Below are positions 37,695 through 47,312 of a DNA stretch of 64,000 nt, piece by piece. The notes below the pieces were generated by a model. The model was not told the DNA's origin. It made no database searches and was given only the letters and a program-made list of their open reading frames with translations. The DNA lies in NCBI GenBank assembly GCA_951812625.1, contig CATOSP010000003.1:18417-82416 (forward strand), in the 5' to 3' direction. Source of the stretch: an uncultured Dehalococcoidia bacterium. GTDB lineage: Bacteria; Chloroflexota; Dehalococcoidia; Lucifugimonadales; UBA3495. Made by a program: the position numbers and the translations under genes. The stretch's first letter is position 1. The number at the start of each line of letters is the position of its first letter.

Positions 37695-38924
37695 TCACAC
37701 CGGCAGAATTGGCGGCGTGTTCTCGTCCTTGGGGGTGTCGCGGAGGGAGCAGCTTGAGCCGTCGGTGAACCAGGGGATCCTGGGGTTGCGGGAAGGGAGC
37801 ATGACGGTGGCGTAACCGGGGGCGGTTACCTCGCCGCGCTGGTTCTCGGCCCAGATTTCCAGGTCCACCAGGGGGGCTTCGTTGCTGAGGTACTTGCGGA
37901 CGACTTTCCCCTTGCACCACTGGGTGTCGCCGTAGACGTTGAAGCGGCGGCATTCGACGCGGAGCCGCTTCAGGAAGGCGTCGTCCCCCATCCAGTTGGT
38001 GAGTAGCGTGCCCATCCACGACACTCGCTGGGGGCCGTAGTCGTAGGCTCCCGGCACGCCCACGGCCTCGGCAACGGAGTCGCGCAGGTGGCCGATGCCA
38101 GTGTATTCCAGGCCGCCGCCCGCCTCCGGGTTGCGGAAGAAGTGGTCCGGGTGGCGCATGGCCTCCCGCAGCAGCACCCCGTGGGCGCTGGACCTGCCGG
38201 TGCCTACGAGGAAGGCGCTCACGTCCTGCAGGGACAGGGGGCCGCGCACGATGGGTTCCATCTCCTCGCCGACCTGGGTGTCCTCCCAGTAGCGGGGGAC
38301 GCCGCCCCTGGCGGTTTCGTTCAGGACCTGCTGGTCGATGGCCTCCAGTTCCTCCGGCTCGTAGTGGTGGCGGCGTGGGACGTCGGCGTACTTGCCCCGT
38401 TCCCTGGAGGCGCGCCGCTGGTGGCGGGTGCACCAGCCGACGACGCGGGCCAGAAGCTCGTCCCGCTGGTTGGTGTACAGGGTCTCGACGTACTGGATGA
38501 CCAGCGTGGCCGAATAGCGGCTCTGCTTCTCCTGTACGTCCAGCACCCGCTCGACGCAGTTGACGGCGTCGCCGGGACGCAGCACGCGGAAGAACTCCCA
38601 GTCGTTGCCGGCGAAGAAGCCGTGGACTCCGGGCAGTCCCCAGCGGGTGCGTCCCGACCAGTGGCGCATGTAGGGGGCGCACGGGTGCCCGACGACCGAG
38701 CCGTACTTGGAATAAGAAGCGTACTCCAGATCGCGGAACAGGGGGTTGGCGTCGCCAATGCCGTTGGCGAAGTTAATGAGCGCCCCCAGGGAGGCGTCGC
38801 GGGTGAACTGCTCGGTCCGAAGGCGCATCCCGATCATGTCCCTGGCCTTTTCGATGGCCTCGCGGGAGATGTCCTCTACCTCGGGTAGGGTTTCGACTAC
38901 CTGTTCTTGTTCGTCGGTAGGCAT
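37695..38924 (-). CDS. Double hot-dog (MaoC/FAS1-like) dehydratase
   Basis: FANGIGDANPLF, FFAGNDWEFF..RPGD, RYWEDTQVGEEM, TNWMGDDAFL, RFNVYGDT. Confidence 0.82.
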   Translation of the reverse strand: MPTDEQEQVVETLPEVEDISREAIEKARDMIGMRLRTEQFTRDASLGALINFANGIGDANPLFRDLEYASYSKYGSVVGHPCAPYMRHWSGRTRWGLPGVHGFFAGNDWEFFRVLRPGDAVNCVERVLDVQEKQSRYSATLVIQYVETLYTNQRDELLARVVGWCTRHQRRASRERGKYADVPRRHHYEPEELEAIDQQVLNETARGGVPRYWEDTQVGEEMEPIVRGPLSLQDVSAFLVGTGRSSAHGVLLREAMRHPDHFFRNPEAGGGLEYTGIGHLRDSVAEAVGVPGAYDYGPQRVSWMGTLLTNWMGDDAFLKRLRVECRRFNVYGDTQWCKGKVVRKYLSNEAPLVDLEIWAENQRGEVTAPGYATVMLPSRNPRIPWFTDGSSCSLRDTPKDENTPPILPV

Positions 38925-38944
38925 CGCTTACCTCCACAGTCCTG

Positions 38945-39304
38945 TCAAGGCGTAGTCATTTTTTCAAAGACATCAATGAAGAATATTATCGCCAAAAACC
39001 ATACCTGCCAAAACAACTGGGTGAGCGGTCCATCCGCAACATCCTCACCGGCTGCGCTGTCCCCCATCTTTAAGATCCCCCTGACTGACGCGAACACCAA
39101 CACGTACTGCGCGAGTACCATCACTCCGCAGATTGCCTTCGCGGCCATTAGCATAATCCTGGGTTCTGCCAGAAGACCAGATGGAGTTGTTGATGGGACC
39201 TCGCTATCGAAAAAGTCACTCCCGAAGAGACCGAACCCAACGACCGCTGTGGCGATAGCCAATATGGCTATGGCTTGTTCCTGTCCTCGGGATTGGGGAT
39301 TCAT
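38945..39304 (-). CDS. Small membrane protein
   Basis: Three hydrophobic helices; ATGA overlap with the upstream gene. Confidence 0.5.
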   Translation of the reverse strand: MNPQSRGQEQAIAILAIATAVVGFGLFGSDFFDSEVPSTTPSGLLAEPRIMLMAAKAICGVMVLAQYVLVFASVRGILKMGDSAAGEDVADGPLTQLFWQVWFLAIIFFIDVFEKMTTP

Positions 39305-39549
39305 GCCTCACTGTCTCCGGGACGAGTGGGTTCTTCCTTCGGACTGCGTCGTATCTCGAATATCAGAAACACCAAGCTGGTAAGCGTTACCGCAACACTC
39401 AGAAACAACAGCACCAATAAGGGCTGCTTCTCGCCCGAAACCTCCGTTATGGCCTGAAGTGATGCTAGGACCATGATTAACCCGACTACCAAGCTCACGG
39501 TCGCGGCCATACTGTTCGCGATGCGGTAGTCCCGACTTTTGGATCCCAT
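39301..39549 (-). CDS. Small membrane protein
   Basis: Two hydrophobic helices; AGGAG RBS. Confidence 0.5.
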   Translation of the reverse strand: MGSKSRDYRIANSMAATVSLVVGLIMVLASLQAITEVSGEKQPLLVLLFLSVAVTLTSLVFLIFEIRRSPKEEPTRPGDSEA

Positions 39550-39606
39550 CCTAGACTCCTCTATACGGAGTAGCCACCACGTATGAATAGCCCACAATAA
39601 TCGAAG

Positions 39607-40851
39607 CTAATAAACGATCTGCCGTTCTTCCAGGTCGGACAGTTGGGGTTCGCTCAAGCCCAGCATATCACACAGGATTTGCCGGTTGTGCTGACCGAGG
39701 GTTGGGGCATGGCCTCGGATGGACGGCGGGGTCTTGTCGAGGTTCCACATGAGGTTGAAGATCGGCTCGACGCCCAGGGCAGGGTGCTCGATTTCCTGGT
39801 ACAGACCCCGCTCCCGGTTGTGGCGGTCGTACAGACGCTCCTCGGCGTCCATCACGGGCATGGCGGCTACGCCCTGGGACTGGAGAAGCCCGGTGATCTC
39901 CCAGGCGTCGCGGGCGGAGGTCCACTCCGTTACCAGAGTGTCCAGCTCGTGGCGGTTCTGGTGCCTCCGGTAGCGGCTGGCGAAACGCTCTTCCGCGGCC
40001 CAGGCGGGCGAACCCATTGCCTCCACCAGTCCGCGCCACTCCTCGTCGTTGGCCACGGCTATGGAGACCCAGCGCTGGTCTTCCGGGGTCTGGCCCTGGC
40101 AGGGGTAGTTGCCGTAGGGGGCCATGGTCGGGTCGTAGTTGCCCATCGGACCCAGCACGCGGCCCGTGGCCTCGTATTCCATAAGGCCCGCGCCCAGGGT
40201 TGCGACGGTAGCCTTGAGCATGGACAGGTCTATGTACTGGCCCTGGCCCGTCCTGCGCCTTTGGTAGAGGGCCGAGACTATGGCGAAGACGGCATGGAGC
40301 GCGCCCGCGATGTCGGCGTAGGCATGTTTGAGGCCAAGGGGACGCTCTCCCTCGTATCCAAGGGTGCTGTCGAGGCCTGCCATCGCCCCGATTGACGGAG
40401 CGTAGGCCCGCAGGTCCCGCAGCGGCCCGGTCTGCCCGTTTGACGATATGGACACCATGACAATGTCGTCCCGGACTGCCCTGAGGTCGTTGTAGGACAG
40501 GCCCAGCCGGTCCATGACGCCCGGAGAGAAGTTCTCAATCACAACGTCGCAGTGGGCAACGAGACTGCGGGCCAGGTCCACCGCCTCCGGGTGGTTGGTG
40601 TTGAGCGTGACGCTGAGCTTGCCCCGGTTCACGTTGTGGAACATGGGGTGCTGCTCCGGGTCGCGCTCGGTGCCGATGATGGGGCGGCCCTGGCGCATGT
40701 AGTCCAGCCGCTGCCGGGTCTCGACCTTGATGACCTCGGCCCCCATGTCGGCGAGGACCATGCCCGGAATGGCCCCGGCTAGCACCCAGCCGAAGTCCAG
40801 GACACGGTACCCGGCCAGGGGGCCTTTATTTTCCTGCTGCTGTTCCTGCAA
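39607..40851 (-). CDS. CoA transferase family III (CaiB/BaiF)
   Basis: PLAGYRVLDF, LADMGAEVIKVE, NRGKLSVTL, ENFSPG, APTLGQHN. Confidence 0.92.
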   Translation of the reverse strand: MQEQQQENKGPLAGYRVLDFGWVLAGAIPGMVLADMGAEVIKVETRQRLDYMRQGRPIIGTERDPEQHPMFHNVNRGKLSVTLNTNHPEAVDLARSLVAHCDVVIENFSPGVMDRLGLSYNDLRAVRDDIVMVSISSNGQTGPLRDLRAYAPSIGAMAGLDSTLGYEGERPLGLKHAYADIAGALHAVFAIVSALYQRRRTGQGQYIDLSMLKATVATLGAGLMEYEATGRVLGPMGNYDPTMAPYGNYPCQGQTPEDQRWVSIAVANDEEWRGLVEAMGSPAWAAEERFASRYRRHQNRHELDTLVTEWTSARDAWEITGLLQSQGVAAMPVMDAEERLYDRHNRERGLYQEIEHPALGVEPIFNLMWNLDKTPPSIRGHAPTLGQHNRQILCDMLGLSEPQLSDLEERQIVY

Positions 40852-40887
40852 TGTGTTTCACCCCCTGGAATGGGTTGGGGAGATGTT

Positions 40888-40957
40888 TAGACCCTCTCCA
40901 CCATAAGATGAGACCGCTGGTATCGAGATAAATCAGGCCAGACGGAGGAAGGGTCAC
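40888..40957 (-). pseudogene. N-terminal stub of a PIN/VapC toxin
   Basis: GTG overlapping the antitoxin stop: MTLPPSGLIYLDTSGLI, then similarity is lost. Confidence 0.55.
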
Positions 40958-41187
40958 CGGTCCCACGACGCCCGCTCCTCCGCGATGTAGTCATCAACTT
41001 CCTTTGCGGTCTTGAAGAGACGTTGCCCTGGCCCCGCAGAGATAATTTGCCAAGCCGAACGAGCCGATGGAGTCGGCGTCGGGGATATTACCACGTCCAC
41101 CGTCTGCCCCTCTTCCAACTCCGGGCTGGCAATCTCCACCTTGCCGCCCGGCAATACAGTTGTCCTTATGTGCAGCGCTTTCTGCAT
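40954..41187 (-). CDS. Orphan antitoxin-like protein
   Basis: TTVLPGGKVEI..PEL.EGQTVDVVI...EVDDYIAEERASWDR, typical partner of PIN toxins. Confidence 0.65.
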   Translation of the reverse strand: MQKALHIRTTVLPGGKVEIASPELEEGQTVDVVISPTPTPSARSAWQIISAGPGQRLFKTAKEVDDYIAEERASWDR

Positions 41188-41346
41188 ATTTTCGCCTTCC
41201 TTGCGCCTGTGGCAAATGATCCAGGAGCACGTCCGTTTGCCGCGAGGGAGCATCCCCTTCTAGCTCATGTAACACCTGGCACGGCAAATTGCAACCGGGC
41301 TTGACCGGCGGCCTGAGTGGGACACTCTCCCGCGGAGTTCCGGCGT

Positions 41347-42621
41347 CTATGTCGCCCGGAGCTGCGACGGCGAGGGATGAGGGTCGCCCATCCACAGTTG
41401 CACCAAGGCCCCCAATGTACCCAGCGCTGCAACGGTGGCCAGGGGGATCATGAAACCACCCGTAGCGTCATATGCCATTCCGACCAAAACCGGTTCGCCT
41501 AAGGCAAGAAGGTTCGCCAGGGTGAGCGATACGCCAATTATCGTGGCATAGTTGCGGCGGCCGAAATAGGCTCCCCGGGCGGCGAATGCCAACGGGGCCA
41601 TGCCGCCGGAACCTGCGCCCATCAACACCGCAACAACATAGAACATCGGCAAAGTCCCGGCAAATGCCAGGACACCTCCAGCGATACATTGCAGCAGGGC
41701 GAAGAAGCACAACGCCCAGCGGATGGGGATCCGGTCCCCAGCCAGGCCTCCGACCAACACAAAAGGCATTGCCACGAGGCCCGGCGTCGCGCTGGCCGCC
41801 AGCGCCAACTCGATCGGAGAAAAACCCAGGTCGTACATCCGTAATGCTTGGAGGAAGTCCATAGCGCTCATGGTCATCGTCGCGCTGGCGCCGCCCACGA
41901 TCATGAGCCAGAAGGCCCGGGTCCGCAACGCCTCCCGCCAGCCGTAGTCGGGGGCTGGTGCATCTTCGGCCAGGGCCGGTGGGGGAGTGCCATCAGGATG
42001 CTGTCCGTGGTCTTCGGGCCGGTTTCGGACCAGTTTCGAATAGACCCAGGCCAGGGCCAGCATTACCGCTGCGGGTAACAGGAACGCCGGGGCGTTGGCC
42101 AATACCGCAACCCCCACGCCAAGCAGGTTGGTCACGAAAAAGGCCGCCACGGACGACAGCATCATCACCGCGATGGCGGTAGCCCGCCGCCGCAGGAACC
42201 AGTTGTTCACCGCCGCCATCATCGGCAACTGGGAGCCGGACGTAGAGCCAAGGACCAGTAACATGACGGACAAATAGAACAAGGGCGCCATATGCGCAGC
42301 CACGTGCAGGGCAAAACCGATGCCCATCAGCGTCGCTCCCCACACAACCATCCGGCGGGGCCCCCAACGGTCAACCGCACAACCGATGAACGGCAGGAGC
42401 AGCAACGGAAATAAACTGGTCAATAGCGGATAGAACGCCGCAGTCCAGCTGCGTCCGATGAGCTCCCGGGTATCGCCAAGCAGGACCCTTGCGAGAGTAG
42501 GCAGACCCGCGCCTTCGCCGCCGATGGCCAGGATGAATGCCCCGGCTATCACCAGCCTCCAGCCCCAGAAGCGCGGGACGGAGGGTTGCGGCTCGGGGGT
42601 AGGGGCATCAGAATCATGCAT
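41347..42621 (-). CDS. MFS transporter
   Basis: FWGWRLV, AVDRWGPRR, NWFLRRRATA, YFGRRNYA. Confidence 0.85.
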   Translation of the reverse strand: MHDSDAPTPEPQPSVPRFWGWRLVIAGAFILAIGGEGAGLPTLARVLLGDTRELIGRSWTAAFYPLLTSLFPLLLLPFIGCAVDRWGPRRMVVWGATLMGIGFALHVAAHMAPLFYLSVMLLVLGSTSGSQLPMMAAVNNWFLRRRATAIAVMMLSSVAAFFVTNLLGVGVAVLANAPAFLLPAAVMLALAWVYSKLVRNRPEDHGQHPDGTPPPALAEDAPAPDYGWREALRTRAFWLMIVGGASATMTMSAMDFLQALRMYDLGFSPIELALAASATPGLVAMPFVLVGGLAGDRIPIRWALCFFALLQCIAGGVLAFAGTLPMFYVVAVLMGAGSGGMAPLAFAARGAYFGRRNYATIIGVSLTLANLLALGEPVLVGMAYDATGGFMIPLATVAALGTLGALVQLWMGDPHPSPSQLRAT

Positions 42622-42733
42622 CAGAAGTTGCCTCGCAGGTCCTGCTACGAACCCACACCCAGAAGCGGTCAACCACTCCGGGATGGCCTGATGAGACGCT
42701 CAGGAGTCCCTTTGGGGTGTTGAAAGCCGGGCT

Positions 42734-43966
42734 TCAGATAATCCCGGTCTGGGACAGGGCCACCAGTTGCTCGTGGGTGAAGCCCAGCTCTCCGGTGTAG
42801 ACCTCTTCATTGTGCTGGCCCAGGGACGGGGCGGGAGTCGTGGCAGTGGACGGCGCATCGGGGAGGGTGTAGGGCGCGTTGGGGTAGGAGAGGGCGCGGG
42901 CTCCGGGGCGCTCGATTTCCTCGAACCAGTCGGACAGGCCGGGGTCGTTGCGCACCTCGTCGAAGCCCCGGACAGGCCCCAGGGGAATCCTGTGCTCCAT
43001 CGCCATTTCCAGGAGCTCGGCCTTGGTGTGCTGTAACAGCCACTCTTCCATGTAGCCGTCTAACTCGTCGGCGTACTCGTTGTTCATCACCGTGCGGCTG
43101 GTGAAGCGCGGGTCACGGGACCACTCGGGAGAGCCCATCAGCTCCAGGAGCCTGCGCCACTGGCGGCCCTCGGGGGAGCCGGCGAAGACGTAGCCGTCCT
43201 TGCAGCGGAGGATGCAGTTGGGGTAGGGGAAGTCCAGGGAGTGGTGCCCGGTGCGGCGGGTCATGCGCCACTCGTACACGGCCATCAATGCCTCGGGGCC
43301 GTTGTAGACCCCGGACATGGTCTCGACCTCGGCAATGTCGATGTGCTGGCCGCCCACGGGCGCGCCTCCGGCATCTACTGACTCCCCGGCCAGCAGGGCC
43401 ATGACGATGGATGAGGCAGCGGCCATTCCGGCGAAGTACCCGACTTCCGCCGTGCCGAAGGTCAGCGGCTCACGCTCCGCCTCTCCAAGTCCCTGGGAAA
43501 TGCCCCCGGCGGCAGAGAGGTTGATGTCGTGCGCCTTGTAATACTTGTACGGACCTGTAAGTCCGAAGGGGGTGATGGATGCCATTACCAGCGCGGGGTT
43601 CCTCTCTGCCAGCGGCTCGTAGGAGAGGTTGACCCTGTCCATCTCCCGTGGGTGCAGGTTGTGGACCAGCACGTGGGAGTTTGCTGCCAGGTCTCTTAGG
43701 ATTCCCATGCCTGTGGGTGTGGCGATGTCGAGGGTGAGGCCCCGCTTGCCGGTGTTCAGGTACAGGAACATCCCGCTGCGTTCCTGGTGGGGGTCATCGT
43801 CGATGAAAGGGCCGTAGCTACGGTGGGTGTCCCCGGTAACGGGGGTCTCGATCTTGGCTACCTGCGCCCCCATCCCGGCCAGGAGCTTGCCGCAGTAGGC
43901 CGCGGAGATCCCGTTTCCCAGTTCCAGTACCCGGACGTCTTCCAACAGGCTGTATGTCATGCGCAT
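42734..43966 (-). CDS. CoA transferase family III
   Basis: LEDVRVLEL, LNTGKRGLTLD, SITPFGLTGPY, APSLGQHN. Confidence 0.9.
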   Translation of the reverse strand: MRMTYSLLEDVRVLELGNGISAAYCGKLLAGMGAQVAKIETPVTGDTHRSYGPFIDDDPHQERSGMFLYLNTGKRGLTLDIATPTGMGILRDLAANSHVLVHNLHPREMDRVNLSYEPLAERNPALVMASITPFGLTGPYKYYKAHDINLSAAGGISQGLGEAEREPLTFGTAEVGYFAGMAAASSIVMALLAGESVDAGGAPVGGQHIDIAEVETMSGVYNGPEALMAVYEWRMTRRTGHHSLDFPYPNCILRCKDGYVFAGSPEGRQWRRLLELMGSPEWSRDPRFTSRTVMNNEYADELDGYMEEWLLQHTKAELLEMAMEHRIPLGPVRGFDEVRNDPGLSDWFEEIERPGARALSYPNAPYTLPDAPSTATTPAPSLGQHNEEVYTGELGFTHEQLVALSQTGII

Positions 43967-44033
43967 CCGCCCCCAGTCATGTCTGGCCGGTCAACAACCC
44001 AAACCTTCGTGCATTTCTTCCGTCTGTCCCGCG

Positions 44034-44273
44034 CTAACCGTTCTGGACTATCAGTACCACCAGGGCAGCGATGATGCCCAGCATGGCAGCCATCATCCCG
44101 CCCCCGATGGCCAGCATTGCCACCATCAGCTTGTCAATCCGGGAGTTGACCTGCTGAAAGCCCGCGTTCATGTCGGCGTGAAGCTGGTGGAGCAACGCGC
44201 CCTGTTCTTCCACGCGCCCTTCCAGTTTGCCGAGGGTCCGCTCCAGGTTGTCCGCATTGTCTACGGTGGTCAT
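44034..44273 (-). CDS. Small coiled-coil + C-terminal TM protein (DUF1640-like)
   Basis: LGKLEGRVEEQ...QVNSRIDKL followed by a hydrophobic tail. Confidence 0.55.
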   Translation of the reverse strand: MTTVDNADNLERTLGKLEGRVEEQGALLHQLHADMNAGFQQVNSRIDKLMVAMLAIGGGMMAAMLGIIAALVVLIVQNG

Positions 44274-44336
44274 TCGCGTTCTCCCGGTGTGCTTGAGGGA
44301 AATGAGAATCTCATAATAGCAGCCATTCCCGCGCCC

Positions 44337-45077
44337 CTACTCCAGCAGCGCGTCCCGGAGGGTTTGGAGTGTATCCGGGGTGACGCCGTGGGCCAGGACG
44401 AACCCCTCTGGCCCGCCCCAGCCGTCGTTCAGGTCGGACAGGGCGCGTTCCATCGCCCTGGGTTGGGCCTCGAACATGTGCAGAGGGCGGTCCTCGTTGC
44501 CGGGGCGCTGCCGTAGCCGTTCTCCGAGAACGCCGATGACCTGGTTGGTCAGGGAGTAGTCGGCCATGATCTGCTCCTCGTCCACGCCCAGCAGTCCGAG
44601 GATGATGGCCGACAGTACGCCCGTCCGGTCCTTGCCCGCAGTGCAGTGGACCACGGCGGGCAGGGTTTGGTCCCCGGCCAGCAGATTGAGGGCCTGGGCC
44701 ACCCGCTCCCCGGCGTTGGCGATTATCCAGGTGTATATCTCGGTGAGCCGTACCACCGGGTCCACTCCCGCAACGGGGTGGGATATATCGCGGTCTTCCA
44801 GGAAGGGGATGTTGCGGTATCGGACGGCGGAACCATCCCGTGGCCAGCGTCCGGCATCGGAGGCTTCGTCGGGGTTGCGCAGGTCGATGACGGTGGAAAG
44901 CCCCAGCGACGATTGCACCAAGGCCATGTCGTCCGGCATCATAAAATGAAGTGCGTCCGACCGGAACAGCACCCCGCTCCTGACCGTGCGCCCCTCCCGC
45001 GTACGGTAGCCGCCAAGGTCGCGGAAGTTGAAACAACCCCGCAGGGGGATGAAGTGGCCGGTGTTGCTGTCAGTCAT
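44337..45077 (-). CDS. Tyrosine-protein phosphatase (Y_phosphatase3)
   Basis: NFRDLGGY, HCTAGKDRTG. Confidence 0.9.
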   Translation of the reverse strand: MTDSNTGHFIPLRGCFNFRDLGGYRTREGRTVRSGVLFRSDALHFMMPDDMALVQSSLGLSTVIDLRNPDEASDAGRWPRDGSAVRYRNIPFLEDRDISHPVAGVDPVVRLTEIYTWIIANAGERVAQALNLLAGDQTLPAVVHCTAGKDRTGVLSAIILGLLGVDEEQIMADYSLTNQVIGVLGERLRQRPGNEDRPLHMFEAQPRAMERALSDLNDGWGGPEGFVLAHGVTPDTLQTLRDALLE

Positions 45078-45093
45078 GTTGCGTAAACCCCGT

Positions 45094-45981
45094 TTAGTCT
45101 GTCTCCGGCGTGTGCTCCGTGATGATGCGGCGGAATTGGGCTAGCCTTTCGTGAAGCCAATCGGCCATCTGAGGCCAGTTGTCGCGGTCCTGGGAATCTA
45201 TCCATAGAGACCTGTTGCGGTTGCCGATCTCCGCGGTTACGGTGGCTTCGTATCTCATTGCCAAATCTTTAGTCTGAACGTCGTAATCACTATTACTCTT
45301 ATCGATATACAAGCCGGTGCCGTCCCGCGATAGTGATTGGTGGACAATTACGCCTCCGATCAGGTGTTTGACCGTATGGTCAGAGTAGTTCGGCGGCGTA
45401 TCGTCGCCTTGGTGACGCTCAGCATAGAAACTCCAGAACTCCCGACGGAACGGTCGTAGGTCGGCCCGTCTGCCGTTAACTCTGGTCTCAGCCATATCTC
45501 TTACTCGGCGGTCCCAATCGTTTGGTCGTTCCAGCACCTCGAACAGCGGGGCGACGGGGGCTGGGGCATCGGCGATACGTACGGCCCGGACTTTGACGGC
45601 AAAGAACGCGAAGGGGTCTATCGTGTGGGAGTTGAGCCAGCGGATGGCGGAGAGGTGAGGCCCTTGAAATTCACGGGCAATCCATATAACGGTCTGCGCT
45701 TCCAGTCCTGCCAGATAAGTTAATACCTGCCCCAGGTGCGTGTGGTCGGTATTCTCCAACTGGTTCTCAATCACCACCACGCTATTGTCGGATGGAATGC
45801 GGGCCAGTATGTCCGCGGAGAATCCCTCAACCGATACTTCCGTCTCCTCCAATTCCAGGTCTACGCCGATGGCCTGGGACAGCCGGTGCAGGTTATCGGC
45901 CAGCCAGGGGGTGAAGTCGTTGGCCTCGTGGGGCCAGGCTTCACGCAGAGGGACGTCCTTGAGTTCCCCGAACTCCATCAT
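45094..45981 (-). CDS. NucS/DUF4268-like PD-(D/E)xK nuclease domain protein
   Basis: LREAWPHEANDFTPWL, ADIL...VVIENQLE.TDHTHLGQVLTY. Confidence 0.75.
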   Translation of the reverse strand: MMEFGELKDVPLREAWPHEANDFTPWLADNLHRLSQAIGVDLELEETEVSVEGFSADILARIPSDNSVVVIENQLENTDHTHLGQVLTYLAGLEAQTVIWIAREFQGPHLSAIRWLNSHTIDPFAFFAVKVRAVRIADAPAPVAPLFEVLERPNDWDRRVRDMAETRVNGRRADLRPFRREFWSFYAERHQGDDTPPNYSDHTVKHLIGGVIVHQSLSRDGTGLYIDKSNSDYDVQTKDLAMRYEATVTAEIGNRNRSLWIDSQDRDNWPQMADWLHERLAQFRRIITEHTPETD

Positions 45982-46139
45982 GGCTGTCCTACGGTAGAAT
46001 TAGAGACCATCTCAAACCGTCCCGTCCGTTCCTTCTTCCCTTCCCATCAGTTTCCGGAATAGTCCTCCCCTCATCGACCTATCAGGCGACATCCTGGCGC
46101 GGTTCAAAGTAGCTTGTTAAGAAAGCAACGCACACGCCA

Positions 46140-46520
46140 TCAGACAACCAGAGTCTCGGCATCACTGATATAGGCAATGGTAGTTCGGATGAGGTTCGCC
46201 ATTTCAACCTCTGGTTCACAGTTGCCGTCATAGAAACAATTGACGTGCAATAACTCCGACCGAGTGTGGTACTGGCCTTGCAAAGTCTCAAACTTGGGTG
46301 AAGTGGCGCTCAATCGTAAGAGGGCGCGTCGTGCTTGCCCTGCCGACTGAGGTTCGGCCCCTTCCAATGCCAGGACCAGGGCATCCGTTGCCCGTTTGGT
46401 GGCGCCCCAAGCCTTCTCTGCCGCATTGCGGATTCTGTTCTGGTCCAGCATTTCCAGAGCATCTGCGTAGAGGACCCGCGCATCGGTAAAAAGTTCACCC
46501 ACGCGGTCGGTAGTTGTCAT
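46140..46520 (-). CDS. PaREP1/HEPN-like protein
   Basis: IRNAAEKAWGATKRATDAL...LHVNCFYDGNCEP. Confidence 0.65.
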   Translation of the reverse strand: MTTTDRVGELFTDARVLYADALEMLDQNRIRNAAEKAWGATKRATDALVLALEGAEPQSAGQARRALLRLSATSPKFETLQGQYHTRSELLHVNCFYDGNCEPEVEMANLIRTTIAYISDAETLVV

Positions 46521-46572
46521 GGTGTCATCTTCCTACTGTGGGTTGGGAGATAGGCGGGGCAATGGCCGACCC

Positions 46573-47127
46573 TCAGGCCGGGAATATCTCCTCTACCCGG
46601 AAGCTCAAGCCTTCCAGGGTGGGTGAAGTCACGGTGTCGCCTTCCCTGTAGACGCCCGCCTCCGTGAAATCGCCGTCGCCCAGCAGCAGGACAGTCACCG
46701 TCCGGGTCTCGGGGTCAATGGGCCAATACTCCTTCACTCCGTGCCTGGCGTACAGCTCCCGCTTGGCCGTCAGGTCGCGCTGGGCCGTGGACGGGGAGTG
46801 GATTTCCGCCACCAGGTCAGGCGCGCCCTGGACGTTGAGAGTCGCAATGATGCCCATGCGCTCACTGGAGATGAACAGCAGGTCCGGCTCCACAACGTCG
46901 GTGTCCGACAGCACAACGTCCGTGGGCAGATGGAATACGCTCCCCATGTCTCTGTTGTCCACGAATCGGGCTACACGCAGCAACAGACACCCCAAAGTCC
47001 TCTGGTGGGCGACATTGGGCGATGGCATCCTGAACAACTCCCCGTCAATCAGCTCCCACCGCTCGTCGTCAGGAGTCTTGGCGTAGTCCTCGTAGGTCAA
47101 CTTGGCCTTGGGTTTCGGGCTGACCAT
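46573..47127 (-). CDS. Uma2 family endonuclease
   Basis: RWELIDGEL, VEPDLLF, APDLVAEIHSPST, GVKEYWPIDP. Confidence 0.88.
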   Translation of the reverse strand: MVSPKPKAKLTYEDYAKTPDDERWELIDGELFRMPSPNVAHQRTLGCLLLRVARFVDNRDMGSVFHLPTDVVLSDTDVVEPDLLFISSERMGIIATLNVQGAPDLVAEIHSPSTAQRDLTAKRELYARHGVKEYWPIDPETRTVTVLLLGDGDFTEAGVYREGDTVTSPTLEGLSFRVEEIFPA

Positions 47128-47312
47128 CTTCGCCCTCCGGTGGCGCAGCGCATTCCGGCCCGATTATCCCACAATCCCGGCCCGGTTGTTCGCTCCTACG
47201 TTCACTTATGTACGTTCACATACAATAGGAAGGCCCCATCGTCCGGGGCGCGATATGGTACAATCCAGCCGTACCGCAACCGACACTACTTCCCTATAAA
47301 GAGGTAACTGCA

